A stretch of 64,000 nt of DNA from Planctomycetota bacterium. GTDB taxonomy: Bacteria > Planctomycetota > PLA2 > JAEUHO01. The notes under the pieces are model-generated. The model was not told the DNA's origin. It ran no database searches and saw nothing but the letters and a program-made list of their open reading frames with translations. Every line of letters begins with the position of its first letter. Within the stretch, counting starts at the first letter, position 1. The DNA is taken from NCBI GenBank assembly GCA_965223505.1, contig CBDCWP010000039.1:209854-273853 (forward strand), given 5' to 3'. The translations under genes and the position numbers were made by a program. Below are positions 40,544 through 49,933 of this stretch, in pieces.

Positions 40544-41533
40544 TTGCGGGCCTCGTTCAGACTGACTGGGTTCGGGCCAACCGCCCGGTCGGGACGCGCT
40601 CTGACCGAAGGAGAACTGACACAGCTCCTCGACGTGGCCCGCCAAAGACCGGTGCTAGACGCCACCACCATCCGCCGGGGTGCTCGGAAGGGACAGCGAG
40701 TGGCCCGGATCAGTGACAAGACTCGGCGAGACAAGGAGCGGTTGGGGCTGGAGCGGGCCTTGATCTACAAGACGCTCGTCTTGACTGGATTGAGACGAAA
40801 CGAACTCGCGTCGCTCACCGTCGCCTCTCTCGTTCTCGATGCCCCGGTCCCGCATCTTGTCCTCGACGCGCGCGATGAGAAGAACCGTCAGGGCGCTGAG
40901 ATCCCCCTCAGAGCGGACCTTGCCGCCGACCTAGCGCAGTGGACAGACGAGACTCTTCAACGCGCCAGAGCAGCAGCCAGAGCGTCAGGCGAAGCCGTCC
41001 CGGCTCGCCTCCCCGCAGATGCGCCGCTCTTCTACGTTCCCAAGGCGCTCGTCAAGATTCTTGACCGTGACTTGAAGTTGGCCGGGATCGCCAAGAAGGA
41101 CAATCGTGGGCGCAGCGTCGACATCCACGCGCTCCGGCACAGCTTCGCAAGTCACCTCAGCAAGGGCGGCGTCGCACCGCGAACCGCGCAGGCCGCGCTA
41201 CGACACAGCGACATCAATCTCACGATGGTCACCTACACGGATCCTGCGTTGCTGGACGTAGCGGGCGCGTTGGATGCCCTGCCGTCCCTATCCCTCGGCG
41301 AGGAGGCCTCTGACCGGGCACGTGCAGGGACCGGCACCGATGGCAAGACCGAAGCGTCGGGACCGCTTGCACCAACGCTTGCACCAAACTGGCACAAGCG
41401 TGGGCAATCGCTGTCAACGCCTGACAAAGCTGAGAGCTTCAATGCGAGTGCGAGGAAGCGCCGCGCATCGCCACCGAGCCGCAAGAAGTTGGCTGCTGCG
41501 GCCATTGGCTCCCCCCGGGAGGGGGAGAGAGAA
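40544..41533 (+). pseudogene. N-terminally truncated tyrosine integrase (catalytic domain only) abutting tRNA-Pro.
   Basis: Only the C-terminal catalytic region is present: …DIHALRHSFASHLSKGGVAPRTAQAALRHSDINLTMVTYTD… There is no N-terminal core-binding domain, and upstream frames are non-coding-like. The ORF runs through the tRNA. Confidence 0.6.
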
Positions 41534-41609
<76 letters not shown>

Positions 41610-41745
41610 GACTCCACGTCGGACGACGGAGGATACCCGGCCCCCTACGATCCCGGACCAATTGCAACCCCCCGACAAACCCCAACAAATAGGGCATCCC
41701 GAAAAAACTCTCGTACGACCCCGCCCCCCATGCATCTGAAAGGGC

Positions 41746-44700
41746 ATGAAGCAGGACCAAGAACTCCTCCAAGCCTGGCTCGCCCACGAAGACCGCGATG
41801 CCCTCGGAGAGCTCTTCGGACGCCACTACCCCGCCGTCTATCAGGTCGTCCTGCGCCTCGTCCACCACGAAACCGACGCCCGCGACGTCGTCCAATCCAC
41901 CTTCCTCAAAGCCCTCCGCAAAGCCGACACCATCCGTCAACCCGACCGCCTGCGCTTCTGGCTCCTGCGCATCGCCGTCAACGAAGCCCGACAACACCAC
42001 CGCCGCGCACGACCCGCCGTCTCGCTGGATGACCTCGCCGACGTCTTCGAAGAAGCCCGACGCGCCACCGTCGAGCACCGCGCCAGCCGCCGCGAGTTCG
42101 AGCTCGCACTCGAACAAGCGCTCGAGACCATGCCCGAACGCCTAAAGACGCCGCTCGTCCTGCACTACTACCAGAGCCTCTCCCTCGCCGAGGTCGCGCA
42201 CATCCTCGAGCTGCCCAAGTCCACGGTGCAGAGCCGCTGCGAACGCGCCGTTCGCTTGCTTCGCAAACGATTCCGCCGTTCCGACAACGCCGCGCTTCTT
42301 CCCGGTCTCGCCGCCTACCTCCCCGACCTCGCGTCGACCGCATCGACGTCCGCCGTCCCGCTCGCCGCAGGAGCCCTCCTCGTGAAAGTCTGGATCCCCA
42401 TCGCCGCCGTCGTGTTCGCCCTCGCCTGGTTCCTCGTTGGCGCGCTTCAAAGCGGCGACCCGGATCGAAACGACATGGCGCGCGACCCGTCCCCGCAGCT
42501 TGGCGACCTTCCCGCCGATGCCGCGACGAACGGCGCTCCCCGACTGCAACCCACGGATCGAGATCCGCCCCGCGAACCCGACGTCGCGAAGCGCGTCGTC
42601 GCCTCCGAAGGGCCCGGCCGCATTCGCGGGCGCGTCGTAGCCCTTCGAACCGGCCGCGGCGTTTCCGGCGCCGAGATCCGTCTCGTTCGAAGCGCCGCCG
42701 CGCGCAGCGCGCCGCGCGAAGCCGCGTCGTTCGAGAACGTCTACGTCTCCGGCCCCGACGGGCGCTTCGTGTGCGACGAGCTGCCGGCGCCGGACGTGTT
42801 CGACCTCTGCGTGCGTCATCCCGACTTCGGCTACGCCGAAGCGTTCGCGGTGCCGACCGCGACCGAAGGCGAAGCGCGGGACCTGGGCGTCGTCTTCCTT
42901 CGCGCCCCGCACCGACTCGAAGGGCGCGTCGTCGACGAGCGGGGCAAGCCCGTCGCGGGCGCGGACGTCCGCGCCGGAACCTGGCGCGAGCAACGCGACG
43001 CGGTGACGTTCGAGCTCTCCGCCTTCGCGCTCCGGGGCGCGACCACGACCAGCGACGCGGCGGGACGCTTCGCGCTCGACGGACTCCCCGCGGGCGTTCA
43101 TCGACTGCGGATCGACCGCACCGGCTACGCGACGGCCCTGCTCGGCGCCGTGCGCGTTCCCGACGCCGGCGTGCTCGACGTCGTCCTGCTCGCGCAGTCG
43201 AACGTCCTCGGACGGATCGTTGACGACGCCGGAGAAGCCGTCGAGGGAGCGCGCATCATGCTGTCGATCTCCGAGTCCCGTCGCCGGGGTGCGCAGGGCG
43301 TGGTGCGCACGGTGCCCTGGAAGACCGTTCGAAGCGATGCGGGCGGTCGCTTTCCCATGTCGCCGCTCCCCGGCGGCGAAGGCTTCGAGCTCGTCGTCGA
43401 GGCGTCGCATCCGGGCCACGCCGACCTCTGGATGGAGCAGCCGATTCCGCAGCAAGGCGTCTTCGAGGTGACGCTTCAGCGGCGCGTCATCCCGAGCGGC
43501 CATCGCGTTCGCGTCACGCCGGTCGTAGCGTCGGGCGCCATCGCGCGGGACGCCAAAGGACGTCTGGTGCTGTTGCAACAGGAGGGCGATCTCGAGCTCG
43601 CCGTCGCCTTCGATGCCGACCGCGGGTTGTTCGAGATCGACGATGTCGCGCCGGGTGCGTGGTACGCGCGACTCGCGGTCAGCGGCTTCGCCCCGGTCGC
43701 GCAGTCCATCGACGTCGGCGACGGGCCGCTGGAGTTGAACATCACGCTTCAGCGCGGTCGAACGCTTCGCGGTCGCATCCTCGACGCCGTGACCGGCGAG
43801 CCGATCGCGGGCGCCACCATCGGGCGTCCCGACAGCGAAGCCCACGTCGTGGTGAGCGACGAGACGGGCGCGTATCTGCTCCCCGGCTTGGACCTCGCGG
43901 AAGGACGGCTCCACGTCGGCGCGCTTCACGCGTACGCACCCGGTTACCTCGCGCGCGGAGTGAACGTTCGATGGCCGAGCGGTGACGTCGCCGAGCAGGA
44001 CGTAAAGCTCCTGCCGCGAAGCGCGCTCGTCTCCGTGCCGGGAACGGTGACGGTCGATGGGCAGCCGGTGCTCGGCGCGCGCGTCGCACTGCAGCCGACG
44101 CGGGGGTCGAGCACGAGGTACGGCGCGAGCTCCCGCGCGGACGGCTCGTTTCGGCTCACGGGGCTTCATCCGGATCACCTCGCCGCGCCCGCGATCCTGC
44201 GTGTCGATCACCCCCGCTTCGCGCCGCACACAGCGCTTCGCGTCGTCGCCGCCGGCGAACCGCTTCAGATCGTCCTCGAGAGCGGCCGGTCCGTATCAGG
44301 GCGTGTCGTCGACATCGAGAACCGGCCGGTGGCGGGCGCGACCGTCGGTTTCGTGACCGGGACCGACGCGGGCGTCATCCAGGAGGATCAGGTCTGGGCG
44401 CTCTCCGGACGGCTTCAGCGCGCGGGCACGAGCATGCCGGACGGCCGCTTCGTGTTGGATCGCGTTCCGTCAGGGGCTGGGCGCGTGCTCGCCTTTCATC
44501 AGCACGGTCGGTGGGTCGCGAAGGACGGGGACGCGGCGGGCGCTACGATCGCCGCCGCCGGCGACGTGGACGGTGTCGAGCTTCGGCTCGAGATCGGACG
44601 CACGCTCAGAGGGGTCGTCGTAGACGACGACGGGCGACCGCTCGCCGGCGCCCGGGTGCGCGCCGACGGCGTCGTCGTCGCCACGCGCACCGACGCGCGC

Positions 44701-45093
44701 GGCCGGTTCGATCTCACCCCTCACTTCGGTGGCGAAGCCCGCGTCACCGTGACCGTCACCCACGAGCGCTATCGAGCCGCCGTCAACGTGCCGGCGCCGG
44801 ACCTTTCGCGCGTGCGCGTACAGGCGCGCGCGACGGGGACGATCGCGGGCCGCGTCGTCGCCGCCGGCGGCAATCCGCTCTCCGGCATGTCCGTTCGGCT
44901 CGTGTACGACGACCCGCCTCCCGTTCGGGCCGTGACGGACGCCGACGGCGTCTTCGTGTTGGCCGGCGTGTACGCGGGCCGAGGACGCATCGAGCTGCGG
45001 ACGAACGCCGAGCAGGACACGGCGGACGTTGGCAGGGAGGTCGACATCCCGCGGTGGACACGCCTCGACCTCGGCGATCTGGTCATGCCGTAG
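41746..45093 (+). CDS. ECF sigma factor fused to a TM segment and a ~900-aa extracytoplasmic region of carboxypeptidase-regulatory-like (CarboxypepD_reg/Cna-B-like) repeats.
   Basis: Residues 1-190 are a sigma-70 region 2 + region 4 (…LSLAEVAHILELPKSTVQSRCERAVRLLRKRF…). A TM helix (IPIAAVVFALAWFLVGAL) follows. Then come at least 9 repeats of the G(R/V)V(V/L)D..G.P(V/I)AGA.V type. Confidence 0.65.
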   Translation: MKQDQELLQAWLAHEDRDALGELFGRHYPAVYQVVLRLVHHETDARDVVQSTFLKALRKADTIRQPDRLRFWLLRIAVNEARQHHRRARPAVSLDDLADVFEEARRATVEHRASRREFELALEQALETMPERLKTPLVLHYYQSLSLAEVAHILELPKSTVQSRCERAVRLLRKRFRRSDNAALLPGLAAYLPDLASTASTSAVPLAAGALLVKVWIPIAAVVFALAWFLVGALQSGDPDRNDMARDPSPQLGDLPADAATNGAPRLQPTDRDPPREPDVAKRVVASEGPGRIRGRVVALRTGRGVSGAEIRLVRSAAARSAPREAASFENVYVSGPDGRFVCDELPAPDVFDLCVRHPDFGYAEAFAVPTATEGEARDLGVVFLRAPHRLEGRVVDERGKPVAGADVRAGTWREQRDAVTFELSAFALRGATTTSDAAGRFALDGLPAGVHRLRIDRTGYATALLGAVRVPDAGVLDVVLLAQSNVLGRIVDDAGEAVEGARIMLSISESRRRGAQGVVRTVPWKTVRSDAGGRFPMSPLPGGEGFELVVEASHPGHADLWMEQPIPQQGVFEVTLQRRVIPSGHRVRVTPVVASGAIARDAKGRLVLLQQEGDLELAVAFDADRGLFEIDDVAPGAWYARLAVSGFAPVAQSIDVGDGPLELNITLQRGRTLRGRILDAVTGEPIAGATIGRPDSEAHVVVSDETGAYLLPGLDLAEGRLHVGALHAYAPGYLARGVNVRWPSGDVAEQDVKLLPRSALVSVPGTVTVDGQPVLGARVALQPTRGSSTRYGASSRADGSFRLTGLHPDHLAAPAILRVDHPRFAPHTALRVVAAGEPLQIVLESGRSVSGRVVDIENRPVAGATVGFVTGTDAGVIQEDQVWALSGRLQRAGTSMPDGRFVLDRVPSGAGRVLAFHQHGRWVAKDGDAAGATIAAAGDVDGVELRLEIGRTLRGVVVDDDGRPLAGARVRADGVVVATRTDARGRFDLTPHFGGEARVTVTVTHERYRAAVNVPAPDLSRVRVQARATGTIAGRVVAAGGNPLSGMSVRLVYDDPPPVRAVTDADGVFVLAGVYAGRGRIELRTNAEQDTADVGREVDIPRWTRLDLGDLVMP

Positions 45094-45191
45094 CCCGGAT
45101 CCACTACTTCAGTCCCGATGCATGCGTCGGTGTCGCATCAGCCCGGTGCCACGACGGACGGATCGGCGTTACCTGCAGAGGAGAAACCGCA

Positions 45192-45896
45192 ATGATCACC
45201 AGAGTGTTCGTCGTGTCCGCATGTCTCGTGCTCCTCTTCGCCTCGCCGGCGTCGGCCGAAAATGCGAAGCAGCCCGACACACCGAAGTCCCTTGCCAAAG
45301 CGCTCAAGAAGGGCCTTGGCGACGGCAAGACCGGCGGGCTGTGGGAGCGCGCGGCGGCGTTGAAGGGGAAGTTCTCCGACAAGGAGATGCAGCCCCTCGT
45401 CAAGGCGCTCGGCCGCGCGTTCAATCAGAGCAACAAGAACTTCAAGATCCTCGCTCTGAAGACGCTCGCCGAGCTCGGCGTTCCCGGGTCGTACGGGCAG
45501 TTCTCGAAGCTGATGAAGATCCCCAAGAAGGTCGAGGGCCGAGAGACGCGGGCGATCTACCTGCAGGCGATCAAGTCCGCGGGGGCGCTGCACGAGGAAA
45601 ACGCCCTGGCCGACATCGAGAAGCTGCTCGAGCATCCGGACACGTCCTTCGCGCGCGGCGCAGTCTGGGCGCTGGCCGGGTACGTCGATCTGGAAGCGAA
45701 GAAGAAAGACAAGCTGATTCAGCGCCTCGTGAAGAACCTTGCGGCGCTCGAGCGCCAGACGAAGGACAAGAAAACCGAGATCAGCAAGCGCGCGACGACG
45801 CTCGTTCCGCACGTGAACACGACGCTCGAGAAGCTGACCGGCGAAGAGGGGCCCAAGACCGCCGCGGAGTGGGAAGAACGCCTCGCCGGCAAGTAG
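45192..45896 (+). CDS. Secreted HEAT/ARM-like repeat protein of 234 aa.
   Basis: GGAGA SD. Signal peptide MITRVFVVSACLVLLFASPASA. Lys/Ala/Leu-rich helical repeats follow. Confidence 0.6.
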   Translation: MITRVFVVSACLVLLFASPASAENAKQPDTPKSLAKALKKGLGDGKTGGLWERAAALKGKFSDKEMQPLVKALGRAFNQSNKNFKILALKTLAELGVPGSYGQFSKLMKIPKKVEGRETRAIYLQAIKSAGALHEENALADIEKLLEHPDTSFARGAVWALAGYVDLEAKKKDKLIQRLVKNLAALERQTKDKKTEISKRATTLVPHVNTTLEKLTGEEGPKTAAEWEERLAGK

Positions 45897-45968
45897 GTAC
45901 GGGGCGACCCGGATCGACATGCAAGGTGTCGGGTTTCAACCACCGTCCCGGCCCCTTACGCTACCCCG

Positions 45969-46343
45969 ATGGCGGAACACGACTTCGTCGTCCTCACCGA
46001 AGAGAGCTCGTCCGTGCGCGCGCACTGGATCGCGGGGGCGATCAAGGCGCACGACATTCCCGTTCACGTCGTCGAGGACGAACGAGCCGACGAGTTCGCC
46101 ATGGCGCAGAAGCTGATGGGCACCGCGCTCGTTCAGGTGCTCGTTCCCGAAGGCCGGCTCACCGAGGCGCGCACGATCTTCCTAAACCTCAGCCAGCCGA
46201 TTCCCCTGATCGACGACGAGAACGAAGGGGACGAAGAGGACGACGAACCGCCGCCTTCGATGATTCCGGCGCCGCTGCGAATCGCCGGCATGATCTTCGT
46301 CGCATTGCTCGTGCTCGGCACCCTGTGGATCTTGCTGGGCTGA
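45969..46343 (+). CDS. DUF2007-like domain protein with a C-terminal TM helix.
   Basis: …DFVVLTEESSSVRAHWIAGAIKAHDIPVHVVEDE… followed by an acidic linker and a TM tail (IAGMIFVALLVLGTLWILLG). Confidence 0.5.
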   Translation: MAEHDFVVLTEESSSVRAHWIAGAIKAHDIPVHVVEDERADEFAMAQKLMGTALVQVLVPEGRLTEARTIFLNLSQPIPLIDDENEGDEEDDEPPPSMIPAPLRIAGMIFVALLVLGTLWILLG

Positions 46344-46362
46344 CGAGCGGGCGCGGGCGGCG

Positions 46363-46729
46363 TCAGCCGTTCAAGGCTGCGACGAGCTTCTTCACCGAGA
46401 GCAGGCCGTACTCGAAGACGAACTCCTGATCGTTCGTGAGCCGGACGACGGCGCGCTTCATCAACCCCTTCCGCGCCGCTTCCGCCTGCTTGATCAACGA
46501 ACGGGGAATCACGATCTCCGCGTCCGAGCCCTCCTCGCGCAACGCCACTAGATTCCCACCGGTGCCGACGAACGAGCCCGCCGCCAGCCCGATGTTCTTC
46601 GCGATCGTCTTGAAGCTCGAGTCGTACAACGCGCGGAAGACGACGTCTTCCGCGCCGACGGTGAGCGTGCCCGTAAGGCGACCGCCCTCCGGGGGTAGGT
46701 AGTTGAGTGTCCACGACTTGCCTGCCATA
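46363..46729 (-). CDS. Small hypothetical protein, possibly with a bacterial PH-like fold.
   Basis: GGAGG lies 4 nt before the ATG at 46729. 122 aa. Confidence 0.5.
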
Positions 46730-46822
46730 GCGCCTCCGTTGTCGATCGTCGTCCCCACAGCGTAGCGGACCCCGAGCGATCGTGTCTCTCGAAGAAACGG
46801 CCGCGCGGTTCTGCGTCGCGCC

Positions 46823-47776
46823 CTACTCGACCCGGCTGAGCTTCCGCTTGCTCCCCGATGTCAGGACGACCTTGCCGCCGTGCGCGACCGGAAAGGGGCA
46901 GTGGGGAAACGTGTCCGGCTCGAGATGCCAGAGGTAGCGCTCTTTCTTCAGGTCGATTGCGATCACCCGCTTCTCGAACGAGACGATCAGGATGTCGCCG
47001 GTCTTCGCGAACACCGCCAGGTTCAGGGCGCCGCCGAACAGCCCCTCGTCGAACGAAAGGCCCAGATCCTTCGAGAGATCACGGTGCCACACGAGCTTGC
47101 CCGTCGCGGGCTCGAAGCAGAAGAGATGCTCGTTCGCCTCGACATAGAGCTCGTCATCGATGACCTGGAAGATCATCCGCGCCAACGGCTTCTTGCGCCC
47201 GGTGACGATGTCGTTGAGATCGACCGCCCAAGCCTCTTCTTTCGCGCCGGCCTCGAGCGCGTGAATCACGCCCTCGTCGCTCATGTAGCTGAAGGCGTAG
47301 TACAAGAGGTTCTTCCAACAGGCCGCCCGATGCGGATACCCCTTCGTGTCGACCTTCCACACCACGTCGCCCGACTTGTCCTCGAACACGAAGGACTTGT
47401 CGTTGCCCGGGTTGAACACGCGCAGCCGCCAGCCGTTCGCGAGCTCGATCTTCGGCAGCGGCCAGAACACCCCCGAGCGCGCCTTCGCCTTGGAGGCATC
47501 CGCTTGAAAAGCGTCCGTCTTCTTGCCGGTCGCGGGGTCGAGATGGACGGGCTTCGTTCGATTCGCGCCGTCGTAATGGGGGAACATGACGACGCCGCGA
47601 TCGTGCCACTCGAAATGCGCGTCGCTCAGCTTCGCCGGTGTGTGCGTCCACAGCAGCTTGCCGGTGCGCGCGTCCAGACAGATGACCTCGTTGTCGGTCT
47701 TCGCCTCCCAAGAGTCGGCCCAGGCGGGTAGGACCAGCAGCAAGATCAGCAGCGAAGCGTGTACGGCGCGACCCAT
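46823..47776 (-). CDS. Secreted PQQ-like beta-propeller repeat protein.
   Basis: Signal peptide MGRAVHASLLILLLVLPAWA. A repeated …G.LVW… pattern is present (LLWTH, VVWKV, LVWHR, YLWHL). Confidence 0.65.
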   Translation of the reverse strand: MGRAVHASLLILLLVLPAWADSWEAKTDNEVICLDARTGKLLWTHTPAKLSDAHFEWHDRGVVMFPHYDGANRTKPVHLDPATGKKTDAFQADASKAKARSGVFWPLPKIELANGWRLRVFNPGNDKSFVFEDKSGDVVWKVDTKGYPHRAACWKNLLYYAFSYMSDEGVIHALEAGAKEEAWAVDLNDIVTGRKKPLARMIFQVIDDELYVEANEHLFCFEPATGKLVWHRDLSKDLGLSFDEGLFGGALNLAVFAKTGDILIVSFEKRVIAIDLKKERYLWHLEPDTFPHCPFPVAHGGKVVLTSGSKRKLSRVE

Positions 47777-47848
47777 GGCTCAAAGGCTAGACGGATTCCG
47801 GGCCGCCGTTCGTGCGCGGGCGACCGAACCGGTACTCACGCCCCGGGG

Positions 47849-48415
47849 CTAGACGTCGGCCCAGGTCGTGCGCGCGACCGCGGCGCAGGCGCCGATACTC
47901 AGGAATACCGGGATGAGCGCGACGTAGAAGGAGCGATCGAGTGGAACGAGAAGCACCGAGATGACGGCACCCAGCGCGACCGCCAGCACGGACGCGGCGC
48001 CGGCCATGACGGAGGGAATCCACCCGGCGAAGTTCACCGCGTCGTTCAAGCCGCGTCCGAAGACCAAGCCGACCGTCACTCCCGAGGCCAGGCTGAAACA
48101 TGCGATCATGATCATGAATGCGGAGAACTCGTCGGCGACGGCGCCCAGGTTGGCCCAAAGGCTGAGTATCAGCATGAGCGCTGCCGCCAGCAGGACGCCC
48201 CAGGGCGCCCGCCTGGTGAGGAACCGGCGCACGTCGTGAACGCCCTCGGTGAGCGTCCATGGCTCGTGTTCGTTCACGGCGCGATGATACAGGGCCAGGC
48301 GCCGGTTCACGGGCCGACCGAAGCGCATCCGTTCGAGGACGCCGGGGTATCTTCGGCCCCTCATGGATGAGACGCTCACACGCGCGCGGGAGATTCTCGA
48401 CCGGCGCACCGCCAT
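47849..48415 (-). CDS. Membrane protein; start uncertain.
   Basis: Several hydrophobic helices lie in the C-terminal two-thirds. The N-terminal ~50 aa is Arg-rich and may not be translated. Confidence 0.4.
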   Translation of the reverse strand: MAVRRSRISRARVSVSSMRGRRYPGVLERMRFGRPVNRRLALYHRAVNEHEPWTLTEGVHDVRRFLTRRAPWGVLLAAALMLILSLWANLGAVADEFSAFMIMIACFSLASGVTVGLVFGRGLNDAVNFAGWIPSVMAGAASVLAVALGAVISVLLVPLDRSFYVALIPVFLSIGACAAVARTTWADV

Positions 48416-48791
48416 TGCGATGCTGGCGACGACCGCGCCGAACGGTCAGCCGGACGTGTGCCTGCTCATCGCGCCGCGCCTCACCGACGACGACAAGCTC
48501 GCCGGCGGCGAAGAGGAGTCCGTCTGCGGGCAGGCCTTCAAGAACCTGCGGCGCAGCCCGCGCGCGACGGTGCTCGTGCTCGATCCGATCATGGACCCGC
48601 GCGCGCGTGACGGCGTGCGTCTGGAGGTCGAGTTCCTCGGCGCTGAAGAAGACGGCGAAGAGCTCGGTCACCTCAGCCAGTGGCTCGAGAGCTTCGCGCC
48701 AGGACGACGCGTCGTTCGCCGGCTGATCTTCAAGCTGCTCAACGTGAGCCCGTACCGGCCGCCCGAGAAGGGGCCCGTGCTCCTGCGGTAG
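48363..48791 (+). CDS. Pyridoxamine 5'-phosphate oxidase-like FMN-binding family protein.
   Basis: …AIAMLATTAPNGQPDVCLLIAPRL… is a typical PNPOx-like split-barrel N-terminus. Confidence 0.55.
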   Translation: MDETLTRAREILDRRTAIAMLATTAPNGQPDVCLLIAPRLTDDDKLAGGEEESVCGQAFKNLRRSPRATVLVLDPIMDPRARDGVRLEVEFLGAEEDGEELGHLSQWLESFAPGRRVVRRLIFKLLNVSPYRPPEKGPVLLR

Positions 48792-49769
48792 CTACGGCGT
48801 CGGCTGCGAGACCGGCCGCTGCTCCATCTTCAGCCGCATTCGGACTTCCGTGCCCGACTCGTTCCAGCTCACGTCGTCCATGTAGTGCTGCATCAGCGTG
48901 ATGCCGCGGCCGTGGAGCGCCGTGGTGTCCGCGAGCGGCTGCACGCGCGCCTTTTGGTGGTCGAAGCCCCGGCCTTCGTCGCGAACGCGAAACTCCACGC
49001 TCCCGTGACCGTATTCGACGGACACGTGAATCTCGCGCTTCGCGAGCTCCTCGTCCTGCATGCGCTGCTGGATCAACGCGCCGACGCCACCGGGCTCCGC
49101 CATCGCCTTCGTCTTCTCGTCGAAGCTGATTCCGAGATTGCCGTGCTCGAGCGCGTTCGCGAGCGCTTCGTACAACGCGAGCTTGATCTCGGTGACGGGG
49201 ATCTCGTAGGTCGGGTAGTTGTTCTGAAGCTCGCGGCCGAGGTAGGCGACGATCTTCGAGAGCATGGCCTGGTCGTTCGGGATGCTCAGCTCCGTCACGC
49301 GTCGCTCGACCGAGGCGAGCATCTCGACGACGTCGGCGTCTTCCTCGATCGCGCGATAGACGCGGTCGAGGACGAACTCGATCTCGTCGGGGATCAGCGG
49401 CTTCTGGAGGAAGTTGACGGCGCCCAGCTCGAGCGCCTCTTCGACCATCTCCTTGTCGTTCGCCGCCGAGATGATCACGACCGACACGTGCGGGTCGAAT
49501 TCGCGGATCTCCGAGAGGGCGGTGATCCCGTCCATCTTCGGCATCTGGATGTCGAGCAGGATCAGATCAGGGCGCCGCGCCCGCGTGATCTCCAGCGCGG
49601 CTTCGCCGTCCGCCGCCTCGAGCACGTCGAACTGATGGCGTTCCGCGAGGGCGACGAGGATCGCTCGAATGTCCGGCGCGTCGTCGACGATGAGAGCGAG
49701 CGGGGTGCGACGTGACTCGATGGCTCTACTCCTTCGCACCCATGATGTCGATCTCCGGTCGGCATTCAA
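48792..49769 (-). CDS. Response-regulator receiver domain fused to a GHKL (HATPase_c-like) domain.
   Basis: Receiver: …LALIVDDAPDIRAIL…DLILLDIQMPKMDG…ISAANDK… C-terminal: …EALANALEHGN…VRDEGRGF… The start is TTG (49769) or a downstream GTG. Confidence 0.65.
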   Translation of the reverse strand: MNADRRSTSWVRRSRAIESRRTPLALIVDDAPDIRAILVALAERHQFDVLEAADGEAALEITRARRPDLILLDIQMPKMDGITALSEIREFDPHVSVVIISAANDKEMVEEALELGAVNFLQKPLIPDEIEFVLDRVYRAIEEDADVVEMLASVERRVTELSIPNDQAMLSKIVAYLGRELQNNYPTYEIPVTEIKLALYEALANALEHGNLGISFDEKTKAMAEPGGVGALIQQRMQDEELAKREIHVSVEYGHGSVEFRVRDEGRGFDHQKARVQPLADTTALHGRGITLMQHYMDDVSWNESGTEVRMRLKMEQRPVSQPTP

Positions 49770-49933
49770 CCCGGCCGTTCGCCACTCTCCAAGGCTCCCG
49801 TTTCGGGGAAGCCTGGCGCCGCCCCGGCCGGTTCCCTATTCTCCCTCAGCCTCTCAGAATCCAGGGTGCGGGTCGACCCCCCGCCGCGTTCTTGAGAGGG
49901 GCGGACCCGAACCAACTGCCGCGCGGAGGACGC

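Larger units (their letters stand above)
27829..41533. mobile_element. ~13.7 kb integrated genomic island at tRNA-Pro(CGG), possibly composite.
   Basis: It lies between the intact tRNA-Pro (41534-41609) and the 42-bp 3'-end duplicate (27787-27828). It contains an Xis+Int pair and an Int remnant adjacent to the tRNA. Cargo is an R-M pair, the MTase-NurA-HerA module, and a NYN-domain protein. Confidence 0.6.
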
